Shown: in pieces, positions 1 to 8,818 of the stretch
Layout of the letters: each line of letters starts with the position of its first letter
How positions within the stretch are numbered: the stretch's first letter is position 1
Position numbers and translations under genes: made by a program
The notes under the pieces: model-generated
What the model was told of the DNA's origin: nothing
Databases searched by the model: none
Seen by the model: the letters and a program-made list of their open reading frames with translations, nothing else
DNA from: Gemmatimonadaceae bacterium
Lineage (GTDB): Bacteria; Gemmatimonadota; Gemmatimonadetes; Gemmatimonadales; Gemmatimonadaceae
Assembly (NCBI GenBank): GCA_040902005.1
Contig: JBBDYA010000125.1
Coordinates: 18,330 to 62,029, forward strand
Reading direction: 5' to 3'
DNA: 43,700 nt

Positions 1-43
1 ACCTGTCGCGTGCCGCCCCCCCCCCCTTCCATGCCGGACTCGG

Positions 44-850
44 TCAGACGGTGACCTGCACCGCGTTCGACAGCGTCACGACCATCGTTCCACCAGCCCT
101 GACGCAGCCTTCGTAGTTGGCCGTCGCCGCCGCGGCAGCCGCGCCTACTGCCGCACCCGCGGCCGCGCCGATCACGGTGGACTTGGTGTTCTTGCCCAGA
201 ATCTGGCCGGCAATCGCGCCCACCGCGGCGCCACCCACCACCTTCTTGGCATCGCTGGCCGCCGGCTGATTGCGCACGCGATCCACGGCGACGTTGCTCA
301 CGCCCGCTTCGAGCGCGTAGGTCTTGCCGCCAAAGGTCATGGAGTTCACCGCGAACTCCATGCGGATCGGATCGTTCACATTCTCGCTGCGGTCCAGCTT
401 CGTGACGGTGAGCGTGATCGTGGCACCGGCGGGAATCGTCGCGCCGTTCGAGCCAACCACCGCTTCATTCACCGTCGCGGTGAACCGGTCGCCCACCTTG
501 CTGGTGTGCGTACATACTTCGGAGTTGGCGCGGACGTTCATCGCCGTGCCAGACGGAATCATTCCCACGCTGCCACCGCCGCCGGTCTTGGTGGTCACCG
601 TGTTGCCGCTCGCCGTCCTGGTGGGCGTGGGCGTCCTGGTCGCGGGCGCCTTAGCCGTCTGCGTTGGCGCCGCGGGGATGTCCGTCAGCGACGGCTGCGC
701 AGCCGTATCCATCCCGGCCATCATGAGATCACGATTCAGCGCGGAATCCGCGGCCAGCGCACTGTCTGCGCTGCTTCTGTCGCCGCCGCATGCAGCAGCC
801 AGCAACAGTGCTCCGACGACCATCGGCAAACGACCCATATACTTGGACAT
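44..850 (-). CDS. Lipoprotein with low-complexity linker, beta-rich domain and C-terminal glycine zipper
   Basis: Lipobox-like LLLAAAC after a short signal; Thr/Pro-rich linker; GAAVGAIAGQILG...GAAAGAAVG glycine zipper; SD AGGAG upstream of ATG. Confidence 0.75.
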   Translation of the reverse strand: MSKYMGRLPMVVGALLLAAACGGDRSSADSALAADSALNRDLMMAGMDTAAQPSLTDIPAAPTQTAKAPATRTPTPTRTASGNTVTTKTGGGGSVGMIPSGTAMNVRANSEVCTHTSKVGDRFTATVNEAVVGSNGATIPAGATITLTVTKLDRSENVNDPIRMEFAVNSMTFGGKTYALEAGVSNVAVDRVRNQPAASDAKKVVGGAAVGAIAGQILGKNTKSTVIGAAAGAAVGAAAAAATANYEGCVRAGGTMVVTLSNAVQVTV

Positions 851-949
851 TCGATCTCTCCTGAAAGAGAAAAAAGTTGTAAACGTTGGTTTAGTACAGA
901 GTTAGCCTGAGTCGCCGCCTGTATCCCACCATCGTACGCGAGCAATACG

Positions 950-965
950 AGCAAGACAAGTGCCT
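950..965 (-). promoter_or_regulatory. Putative sigma54 (-24/-12) promoter for the lipoprotein gene
   Basis: Minus strand AGGCACTTGTCTTGCT: GG-N10-GC with GGCAC and TTGCT, 100 nt upstream of ATG 850. Confidence 0.6.
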
Positions 966-1104
966 ACGGACGCGGCCGCTTCTTCATCTGCTCCCCTGCT
1001 ATCTGCCGTGCCTGCACCGGTCCTGCTCGGACTGGCGCTCCTGGTTGTATCCTCCGCCGCAGGTAGTGTTCCTTCCTGGTGGCACCGGCGATAAATTTTG
1101 CATC

Positions 1105-1923
1105 ATGAGTCTGGCACGCGACACCTCGCGATCCGCTTCGCCCGCGAGCATGGAGTCCCGCTTCGTGGCGCTGGAGGCGCTGTACAAGCAGGCGACTGCC
1201 GAGATCGCCGACATGCGCGCGCGCGACGCACTCAAGACGCAGTTCCTCGCGAACATCTCGCACGACCTGCGGACGCCCCTCACCGCGGTGATCACGCACG
1301 CGGAGATTCTGCGCGACGGCATGCTGGGCCCGCTGAACGATCGCCAGCTCGACAGCATCCGGGGCATCATCGCGGGCGGGCGCCAGCTGCTCCAGCAGGT
1401 GAGCGAGATTCTCACCTATGCCCGGGGCGCGGCCGACCAGCTGACGCTCACGCCAGAGGTTTGCACGATCGCCGACGTCGTTTCCCAGGTGACGCGACTG
1501 AACGAGTCCCTGCTGGCCAAGAAGCGCATCGCGATGGAACTCCACATCCCACCGGACGTGCCCCCCCTGCACGCGGACCGTGAGAAAGTGGCGCACGTAC
1601 TGAGCAATCTGTTCGGCAACGCCATCCACTTCACGCCGTCCGGCGGACGCGTCTGGATCCGGGCGGTGGTGAAGGACAACGAGCTGGTGGTGGAGGTCGG
1701 TGACACCGGCATCGGCATTTCACCGGAACACCACCAATTCATCTTTAGTGAATTTGCACAGGTCGACGCCACGGCATCGCGACAGCATCATGGCACGGGG
1801 CTTGGACTAACAATCGCCCGAAAGCTTGTGGAGCTGCATCGTGGACGTATTTGGGTCGAGAGCGAACTGGGCGGCGGAAGCCGATTCTATTTTACCATTC
1901 CCTATTCCCGCGAAACGCGCTGA
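1105..1923 (+). CDS. Soluble sensor histidine kinase (HisKA + HATPase_c, no input domain)
   Basis: H-box FLANISHDLRTPL, N-box NLFGNAIHF, G1 DTGIG, G2 GTGLGL; ATG at 1105 preferred over TTG at 1045. Confidence 0.9.
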   Translation: MSLARDTSRSASPASMESRFVALEALYKQATAEIADMRARDALKTQFLANISHDLRTPLTAVITHAEILRDGMLGPLNDRQLDSIRGIIAGGRQLLQQVSEILTYARGAADQLTLTPEVCTIADVVSQVTRLNESLLAKKRIAMELHIPPDVPPLHADREKVAHVLSNLFGNAIHFTPSGGRVWIRAVVKDNELVVEVGDTGIGISPEHHQFIFSEFAQVDATASRQHHGTGLGLTIARKLVELHRGRIWVESELGGGSRFYFTIPYSRETR

Positions 1924-1927
1924 CCGC

Positions 1928-2290
1928 GTGAAGTCGCACGTGCTCATTGTCGAGGACAATGAGCTGGTGACGGGCGCGCTGCGCATCCTCTTCGAGGAGA
2001 CGGGGCGCCGCGTGTCCGTGGCGCATTCTGTGGCACAGGCCGTTGCCATCGGCAGCGAGGACCCGCCGGATCTGCTGCTGCTGGACCTCTCCCTTCCGGA
2101 CGGCGACGGGCTGGAGGTCGCGCGGCTGCTGGCCGTTGCGGGCATCCATGCGAAGGCGACCGTGGCGGTGACCGGGAGCGACGACGAGGCGTCACTCGCG
2201 CGGTGCGCTGAGGCCGGCTGCACGGCGGTCATGGTGAAGCCGCTGTCCAGCCGCGAGCTGCTGGTTAAGGCGTCGGAGTGGCTGGGGTAG
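1928..2290 (+). CDS. Single-domain response regulator (receiver only)
   Basis: VLIVEDN, LLLLDLSLPDGDG (phosphoacceptor Asp), VTG and KP motifs; GTG start 4 nt after the kinase stop. Confidence 0.88.
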   Translation: MKSHVLIVEDNELVTGALRILFEETGRRVSVAHSVAQAVAIGSEDPPDLLLLDLSLPDGDGLEVARLLAVAGIHAKATVAVTGSDDEASLARCAEAGCTAVMVKPLSSRELLVKASEWLG

Positions 2291-2663
2291 GTTCCCGCAG
2301 CGGCAGCAGCGCGCGGAACTCCTCGCCGCTCAGCTTCTCCGGCTCCTGCTCGTCCCCGGAGCGCCGCTGCACGCCCCGCACGACCACGTCTACGGTGACC
2401 AGGGGCGCGTCGGCCTCTGCGTGCATGGCAAATTCCCACTTGCCGCGATCCGGGCCCTTGAGGGTGAGCCGGTACGTCGCCGTATGGACCGCCAGCCTGT
2501 TCTCGGCGGACGGCGCCTCGTCCACGGCCACCACCGCGACACCGCTCTCCAGGCAGCCTTGCTTGATGGGCTGAAAGAGGTGGACTTCCGCAATCCGCTC
2601 CGGATTCACCTCGGCTGCGATCCCCGCGAAAAAGCGTGCCCGAACGGGATTCAGCTCGCTCAT
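2265..2663 (-). CDS. Hypothetical protein, 132 aa (MSELNPVRARFF...)
   Basis: C-terminal part of ORF 2265..3818; ATG overlaps the upstream stop (ATGA); globular composition unlike the Arg-rich shadow portion. Confidence 0.7.
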   Translation of the reverse strand: MSELNPVRARFFAGIAAEVNPERIAEVHLFQPIKQGCLESGVAVVAVDEAPSAENRLAVHTATYRLTLKGPDRGKWEFAMHAEADAPLVTVDVVVRGVQRRSGDEQEPEKLSGEEFRALLPLREPTPATPTP

Positions 2664-3775
2664 CGCGCGGCCGCCAACGGCTGAGACGACGGGGTGCCTC
2701 GCGCGTCCAGCTCGCGTTCCACGTACAGCCGCAGGATGTGCATGAAGTCCTGCGCGTTGGTCACCACCCCGAACGCCTGATGCGTGCCGCGGTCCTTGAG
2801 CTTGCTCACCACGAATTCGGACGAGTCCACGCAGATCGTGGCCAGCTCGCGCATGGTGCCGTCCTTCTCGGTAACGAACGCCGGGAGCATGTTGCCTGTG
2901 CCAATGGCGTGCAGCGCCGTGGCAATGAGGATCGCCATCGTGGCCTTGATCGTGTGCGCGCGCATTGCGTCCTGCGCGTCGCCCATGTCCGTGACCACGT
3001 CGGGCAGCGGACCGTCGTCCCGGATGGAGCCGGTGAGCACGAACGGCACCGTATGCACCACGCACGCGTGCATGATTCCGTCCTTGATGATCCCCTGCTG
3101 CACCGCGTTCGCGATGGAGCCGGCCGCACGCACCATGTTGATCGCGCGCATGTGCAGGCCGTGCCCGCCCTGGGCGATCTCCCCCGTCTTGGTCATGCCG
3201 AGCGTGGTGCCGTAGATGGAGGCCTCGATGTCGTGCACCGCAACCGCGTTGCCGGCCAGCAGTGCGCCGACGAACCCGTTCGCGATGAACCAGGTCATGT
3301 CGTTGCGGGCGCGCGAATGCACGAGCGCGGGGCCCGTGACCCAGATGGGATAGCCGCCCCGCTCGCGCTCCTCGAGCAGCAGTTTCGCCATCTGCGAGTA
3401 GTCGATGGGCTTTTCCCGCGACACCTCGCTGCCCATGAACTGGAACTCCCCCTCCGCGCCGCCGAAAAATGGCGCGGAGTGGACGAAGATCCCTTCGGTG
3501 CCGTCTTCCTTGCCGCCGATCGCAACGAGCTGCCCCTTGCGTATGCGACGTCCTTCCCGCGCCCAGACGTCGCCCCGCTCGTCGAGCACGAGCCCCGCGT
3601 CCATCCGCGGCTCCTTCGGCGCCTTCCAGCTGCCCTTCACCTTCACCCATGTGGGCAGGTTGGTGCTGGAGAAGAAGTTCTCTGGAAACACGCCATCGGA
3701 CGGCGCCGGAGCGAACGACGCATCGGGCGCTGACTGGAGCACCAGCGTGGTGAGGTCTGGGAGAGCAATCTGCAT
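2660..3775 (-). CDS. TIGR00300/LOR-SDH-like protein, probable AgrE/ArgZ C-terminal-type ornithine cyclodeaminase
   Basis: Motifs DGVFPENFFSSTN, F.FMGSEVSREKP, LLAGNAVAVHDIE, GSIRDDGPLP, GTGNMLP, KLKDRGT. Confidence 0.8.
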   Translation of the reverse strand: MQIALPDLTTLVLQSAPDASFAPAPSDGVFPENFFSSTNLPTWVKVKGSWKAPKEPRMDAGLVLDERGDVWAREGRRIRKGQLVAIGGKEDGTEGIFVHSAPFFGGAEGEFQFMGSEVSREKPIDYSQMAKLLLEERERGGYPIWVTGPALVHSRARNDMTWFIANGFVGALLAGNAVAVHDIEASIYGTTLGMTKTGEIAQGGHGLHMRAINMVRAAGSIANAVQQGIIKDGIMHACVVHTVPFVLTGSIRDDGPLPDVVTDMGDAQDAMRAHTIKATMAILIATALHAIGTGNMLPAFVTEKDGTMRELATICVDSSEFVVSKLKDRGTHQAFGVVTNAQDFMHILRLYVERELDARGTPSSQPLAAAR

Positions 3776-3812
3776 CACGCCTAAAGCTAAGGAAGCACTG
3801 AAGAAAGTGGAT

Positions 3813-3894
3813 TGTCATCCCGAGCGCAGCGTGGGATCTGCTGTTCTTGAGGTTGAATTGCAGATTCCTCGTCGCTTCGCGACTCGGAATGACA
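3813..3894. repeat. REP-like imperfect palindrome (two inverted arms, 18-nt spacer)
   Basis: Left arm TGTCATCCCGAGCGCAGCGTGGGATCTGC; right arm reverse complement TGTCATTCCGAGTCGCGAAGCGACGAGGAATCTGC. Confidence 0.8.
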
Positions 3895-3905
3895 CTGTTC
3901 CACGG

Positions 3906-6167
3906 TCAGAGCAAAGAGACCGGGTCCCGATCGACGACCACGCGCAGCTGTCCCGCCGAGGGCACCGGCAGTCTTTCCGCGATATACCGGGCCACCCGGG
4001 TGAGCTGCGCCGAGTTGGCGGACTTGATCATGAAGTGCCAGCGCCAGCGGTTCTTGACGCGCTCCACGGGGCATTTCGCCGGCCCAACGATGGTGATGTC
4101 GCTCTCCGGCCGCCGGGATAGCATCTCCCGCAGGCGATCGGCGGAATCCAGCGCGAGCTGCATGGTCTGCTCCTCCCTGGTCCCACTGAAGATCACGTTG
4201 GCCAGACGCAGCGTGGGAGGGTACGGCGGGTCCGCGCGCGACCCGAGTTCCTCGGAGGCAAACCGCAGATAGTCGTGGTCCACCGCGCAGCGCACGGCAT
4301 GGTGCGCGGGCACACGCGTCTGGATGAATACCTCGCCCCCCTTGGGGCCGCGCCCCGCGCGGCCCGCCACCTGGCTCAGCAGCTGGAAGCAGCGCTCCGA
4401 CGCGCGAAAATCCGGCAGGTTGATCCCGACGTCGGCGTCCACCACTCCCACCAGGGTCACGTTTGGAAAGTCCAGCCCCTTCGCGATCATCTGTGTGCCC
4501 AGCAGGATGTCCACGTCGCCCCGTCCCACGCGATCGAGAATGTCGGCGTGCGACCACTTGCCCGACGTGGTGTCCACGTCCATGCGCGCGATCCGCACAG
4601 CGGGCATCCGCTCCGAGATGATTCGCTCCACCTGCTGCGTGCCAAGCCCGCGCTGCCGCAACACCTCGCCGCCACACTGCCGGCAGCTCGATCGCACGCC
4701 CTCAGCGTGCCGGCAGTAGTGGCAGACCAGCCGTTCGGGCGCGCGATGGTACGTGAGACTGATGCTGCAATTGGGACACACGTCCACGTCACCACACTGC
4801 GCGCACTGCACGAAGGACGAGTACCCGCGGCGGTTCAGCAGCAGGATGCACTGTTCGCCGCGGCCCACGTGCTCGCGCATGGCGTTCTCGAGCGGCTCGC
4901 TGAGTACCGTCCGCACGAGCGCCTCGGGCCCCTTCGGGCGGTCGCGCGGCGCGCGATCCTTCGGCACGCGCATGTCCACCACGTGCACCTTCGGCAGGCG
5001 TCCGCCGCCCACGCGATCCGGGAGGGACAGCAGGGTGAACTTCCCCGCGCCCGCGTTCGTCCAGCTCTCCAGGCTGGGGGTCGCGCTGCCGAGTACCACC
5101 ACCGCGCCCTGTTCGCGCGCGCGCACGATCGCCACCTCCCGGGCGTGATACCGGGGCGCCTCGCCCTGCTTGTAGCTGGACTCGTGCTCTTCGTCCACCA
5201 CGATCGCGCCCAGGTCGCGTATGGGCGCGAAGATCGCCGACCGCGCGCCCACGGCAATGCGCTTCTCCCCGCGCTGGAGCGCGAGCCAGGCGTCGTACCG
5301 CTCGCCGTCGCTGAGCGCGCTGTGCAACACGGCCACCTTGTCTCCGAACACGGCGCGGAACCGGCTCACCGTTTGCGGCGTGAGCGCGATCTCCGGCACG
5401 AGTACGATCGCGCCCCGGCCCTGTTCGTCCACGACGCGCTGCAGCAGCTCGAGGTACACGAGCGTCTTGCCGCTGCCCGTCACGCCGTGCAGCAGGAACG
5501 TCTCGCCGGCCTTGCCCGCGGCGAGCGCGGTGATCGCCACCCGTTGCGCCGCCGTCGGCGGGTGCTGCTCGGCGGCCACCGCGGTCCGCGCCGCGAACGG
5601 GTCGCGCGACACGACCTCGTCAATGATCCCGACGAGCGCGCGGTCGGCCAGCGACCGGAGCACCGACGGCGAAAACGACATGCGCTCGAGCAACAGCTCC
5701 ACCGGTGCGCTGCCTCCCAGCGACTCCAGCAGCTCATAGAGTTCGCGCTGCTTTTTTGCGCGGAGAAAACACTGTTCGCGCTCCATGAGGGTGGGCAGGT
5801 GGCGCTCGATCCGGGCAACGCGCCGCGTCTTGCGCGCGGGCTCCGGCGCGTCTGCCCCGGTGAGCGCCGCGGGCAGCGCGGTGCGAAGCACGAGACCCAG
5901 CGGTGTCACGTAGTAGTCGGCGATCCAGCGGCAGAGGGCGAGGAGCGGCGCGTCGAGCACAGGCGCCTCGTCGGGCGCGGCATGGATGGGCTTGAGGGTG
6001 ACCCCCGCCGGCGCCACGCCCTCCGCGATCACGAAGCCCAGCGCGCGCCGCCCCTTCACCGGCACCACCACGCGGCTCCCGACGGACACGCGCCCCGCGA
6101 ATTCCTCCGGCACGGCATATGTGAGCGGGCGATAGAACGCCAGCGGGAGCGCGACCTGAACGATCAT
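3906..6167 (-). CDS. priA: Primosomal protein N' (replication restart helicase)
   Basis: GVTGSGKT Walker A, DEEH, SATPS, two Cys clusters, GTQMIAKGLDFP; start MIVQVALP overlaps the upstream stop (ATGA). Confidence 0.97.
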   Translation of the reverse strand: MIVQVALPLAFYRPLTYAVPEEFAGRVSVGSRVVVPVKGRRALGFVIAEGVAPAGVTLKPIHAAPDEAPVLDAPLLALCRWIADYYVTPLGLVLRTALPAALTGADAPEPARKTRRVARIERHLPTLMEREQCFLRAKKQRELYELLESLGGSAPVELLLERMSFSPSVLRSLADRALVGIIDEVVSRDPFAARTAVAAEQHPPTAAQRVAITALAAGKAGETFLLHGVTGSGKTLVYLELLQRVVDEQGRGAIVLVPEIALTPQTVSRFRAVFGDKVAVLHSALSDGERYDAWLALQRGEKRIAVGARSAIFAPIRDLGAIVVDEEHESSYKQGEAPRYHAREVAIVRAREQGAVVVLGSATPSLESWTNAGAGKFTLLSLPDRVGGGRLPKVHVVDMRVPKDRAPRDRPKGPEALVRTVLSEPLENAMREHVGRGEQCILLLNRRGYSSFVQCAQCGDVDVCPNCSISLTYHRAPERLVCHYCRHAEGVRSSCRQCGGEVLRQRGLGTQQVERIISERMPAVRIARMDVDTTSGKWSHADILDRVGRGDVDILLGTQMIAKGLDFPNVTLVGVVDADVGINLPDFRASERCFQLLSQVAGRAGRGPKGGEVFIQTRVPAHHAVRCAVDHDYLRFASEELGSRADPPYPPTLRLANVIFSGTREEQTMQLALDSADRLREMLSRRPESDITIVGPAKCPVERVKNRWRWHFMIKSANSAQLTRVARYIAERLPVPSAGQLRVVVDRDPVSLL

Positions 6168-7204
6168 GATGCCCTGGCGACAACGCCCAGGCCGGCTCCC
6201 GTGGGGTAGCGGATGAACCCGTCCTCGATCGTCACGCCGGCGAAGGGATCGTCCGCCAGGAGCGCGGCGCCATCCAGGTCGGCGTAGTTCGTCATCGGCG
6301 CCAGTTGTGCCGCCGCGGTTACGCCCAGGCTCGACTCGATCATGCAGCCGACCATCACGCGCAGGCCGCGCGCGCGCGCCTCGGCGACCATGCGCCTGCC
6401 CTCCACCAGTCCGCCGCACTTCGAGAGCTTGATGTTGATGCCGTGCACGGCGCCGTCCAGCCGCGGGATGTCCGCCGCGGTGAGACAGGACTCGTCGGCG
6501 ATCACCGGAATGGGAGAACGCGCCATGAGCGCGCGAAACCCATCCACGTCATCACGGGCCAGCGGCTGCTCGATCAGCTCGAAGCCCTGCTCGGCGAGCA
6601 GGGCGGTCATGTGCGTCGCGCGGTCCAGCGACCACGCTGCGTTGGCATCGGCGCGCAGTACTTTGCGCGGCGCCGCGCGGCGCACCGTGCGCACGATCCA
6701 CTCGTCGCGATCGCTCCCCAGCTTCACCTTGAGGATGGGATAGCGGCGGGCATCCTCCACGCGGCGAATCAGGTCATTCTCCACCGGGGTGATCGCGATG
6801 GTGAAGCTGGACGGCGGCGCCGTCATCGGATCGAGCCCGAACAGGGTGAAGACGGGCTCGCCGGTTTTCCTGCCCAGGAGATCGTGCAGCGCCGCGCTCA
6901 CGGCGGATCGGGCAGACGCGTCCCCGGGAACTGCCGCTCGCAGTTCGCCTTCGATCGCGCCGATGTCGTCCAGGGAGCGCACGGTGGCGTGGCGCCCGAC
7001 CACGGCGGCAAGCCGCGGGAGGACCGCCACCACGGTGTCGGCCGTCTCCTCATAGAAGCTGTTGGGCGCCGCCTCTCCCCATCCTTCCACGTCGGCGTCG
7101 TCCCGAACGCGCACGCGGACGCGCTCGTAGGCCGTCGTCGTTCCGCGCGCGATGCTGAAGGGGACCGACGGGTGCAGCGTGTAGCGGTCGTGCTGCACCC
7201 TCAT
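6164..7204 (-). CDS. L-Ala-D/L-Glu dipeptide epimerase (enolase superfamily)
   Basis: PFSIARG, GWGEA, KVKLG, DANAAW, IEQP, ADES, NIKLSKCGG, GCMIES, DLDG; ATG at 7204. Confidence 0.9.
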   Translation of the reverse strand: MRVQHDRYTLHPSVPFSIARGTTTAYERVRVRVRDDADVEGWGEAAPNSFYEETADTVVAVLPRLAAVVGRHATVRSLDDIGAIEGELRAAVPGDASARSAVSAALHDLLGRKTGEPVFTLFGLDPMTAPPSSFTIAITPVENDLIRRVEDARRYPILKVKLGSDRDEWIVRTVRRAAPRKVLRADANAAWSLDRATHMTALLAEQGFELIEQPLARDDVDGFRALMARSPIPVIADESCLTAADIPRLDGAVHGINIKLSKCGGLVEGRRMVAEARARGLRVMVGCMIESSLGVTAAAQLAPMTNYADLDGAALLADDPFAGVTIEDGFIRYPTGAGLGVVARAS

Positions 7205-8202
7205 GGAGCCGCGCGCACGGCGTGCCTCGCCGCAAACGCGGTGCGCAACGGATCCGCGGCGCTGCTGTCCGTGGCGAGGTAGCCGATGAGCGCGTCGGCG
7301 AGATCGTTGGCGCGGTCGTACCGGTCGGCGGGAGACTTGGACAGGCACCGCATCGTGATGGTGGCGACCTCCTCGGGCACCTCCGAGTTCACCTGCTGCG
7401 GGGGCACCACGGTCTCGTGCACCTGCTTGTAGCCCACGGCAAACGCGTCCGGCCCGTCGAAGGGGGGGAACCCGACGAGCGCCTCATACATCACGATGCC
7501 GAGGGAGTACACGTCGCTGCGGCCATCCACGAGTTTGCCCATCGCCTGCTCCGGCGACATGTAGTGTGGCGTGCCCATTGCGCGTCCACTCGCGGTGAGC
7601 CGCCCCTGCGATCGCGCCTCGGCAATGCCGAAGTCGGTCACCAGGGCGTGGCCGTCCTCGTCGAACAACACATTGTCCGGCTTCACGTCCCGGTGCACGA
7701 TGCCGCGCCGGTGCGCGTAGTCCAGGGCGCTCGCCGCCTGCGCGACCACCGCGGCCACCTCGGACGCGGGGCGCGCGCCCAACGCGATGCGGTCCGCAAA
7801 CGAGCCCCCCACCATGTACGGCATCACGGTGAAGAGCACCCCCTCCGCATCGCCGGCGTCGGTGATGGGCACGATGTGGGGATGCACGAGCTGCGACGCC
7901 GCGCGCGCCTCGCGCCGGAACCGCTCCAGCATCTCGGGGTCCTTCGCCAGAAACCCGTGCAGCACCTTGAGCACCACGGGACGCTCCAGCTGCGCGTGCT
8001 CCGCGAGATACACACTCGCCATCCCGCCCCCGCCCAGCCGCCGCTGGACGCGATACCGGCTGCCGGTAGCGTGCCGTAACTGCGAGATCTCTTCGTCGGG
8101 CTTCTCGAAGGGAACGTCCGCGACCTCGGGCAGGGTTTCGTTGCAACGCGAGCAGGTGGCGGCCGAACTGCGATTCCAGGTGCCGCAATCGGGACAGAAC
8201 AC
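7201..8202 (-). CDS. Cytoplasmic Ser/Thr protein kinase with N-terminal Zn ribbon
   Basis: N-terminal CPDC...CSRC; GGGGMASVY, VLK, HRDVKPDN, DFG, GTPHYMSPE, DVYSLG; no transmembrane segment. Confidence 0.92.
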   Translation of the reverse strand: MFCPDCGTWNRSSAATCSRCNETLPEVADVPFEKPDEEISQLRHATGSRYRVQRRLGGGGMASVYLAEHAQLERPVVLKVLHGFLAKDPEMLERFRREARAASQLVHPHIVPITDAGDAEGVLFTVMPYMVGGSFADRIALGARPASEVAAVVAQAASALDYAHRRGIVHRDVKPDNVLFDEDGHALVTDFGIAEARSQGRLTASGRAMGTPHYMSPEQAMGKLVDGRSDVYSLGIVMYEALVGFPPFDGPDAFAVGYKQVHETVVPPQQVNSEVPEEVATITMRCLSKSPADRYDRANDLADALIGYLATDSSAADPLRTAFAARHAVRAAP

Positions 8203-8203
8203 G

Positions 8204-8818
8204 TCAGGACCCGAACTGCATGCGCACGAAGTCGTACGGTGGCCAGGGACCGGTGACCTCGATGCGCAGCTGCTCGTGCCGCGCGCGCTCCTTCTCCACC
8301 GCGTTCACGAATTCCGGCCACAGCTCGCGCTCCACAAGGCAGGCGGCGCTCAGCACGATTCCCGTCAACTCCTCGGTGCGCAGCGGCACGGTGGACACGG
8401 CATGGCGACGCAGGGAGCGCGATGCGTCCGCGGCGACAGCGGCCAGGTCCACCCCGGCTTCGCGGGACGCCGCATCGCCCTGGGCCCGCGTCATGTGCAC
8501 CCTCGCGCCCACGCGATCCTCCACCCAGGCCAGCGCGTCAGAGAGCGCCACATAGTGCAGATCCATCCAGGCCTGGAGCCCTTCTGCGTTGCGAAACACC
8601 GTGCCCACCGGCGCGGGCAGCACCGATTCCTGCTCGAACACGGCGTTGATGACCTCCACGTGGCGGCCGACGTCCCCCGGCTCCGCCCGATGCGCGCTGA
8701 AGTCCCCCTCCTCCGCCACCGCAGACAGTTCGCGCAGCGGATGGAACTTGACGCCCTCCGGGAGCGTGGGCTTCCCGTTGCCGTCCTGCATGATCACGCC
8801 GTACACGCGTAGCGCCAT
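8204..8818 (-). CDS. GvpL/GvpF family protein
   Basis: MALRVYGV start, H..V...V....SVLP...GTVF, C-terminal VTGPWPPYDF; real start inside ORF 8204..9697 with a TGATG overlap with corA. Confidence 0.82.
   Translation of the reverse strand: MALRVYGVIMQDGNGKPTLPEGVKFHPLRELSAVAEEGDFSAHRAEPGDVGRHVEVINAVFEQESVLPAPVGTVFRNAEGLQAWMDLHYVALSDALAWVEDRVGARVHMTRAQGDAASREAGVDLAAVAADASRSLRRHAVSTVPLRTEELTGIVLSAACLVERELWPEFVNAVEKERARHEQLRIEVTGPWPPYDFVRMQFGS

Noticed and set aside
1..43. Possible ATG at 32 (minus strand) starting a further gene through a C11 run
   Set aside because: Too little sequence at the window edge to support.
1080..1101. TGGCAC...TTTTGC as a sigma54 promoter for the kinase
   Set aside because: GG to GC spacing is not 10 nt.
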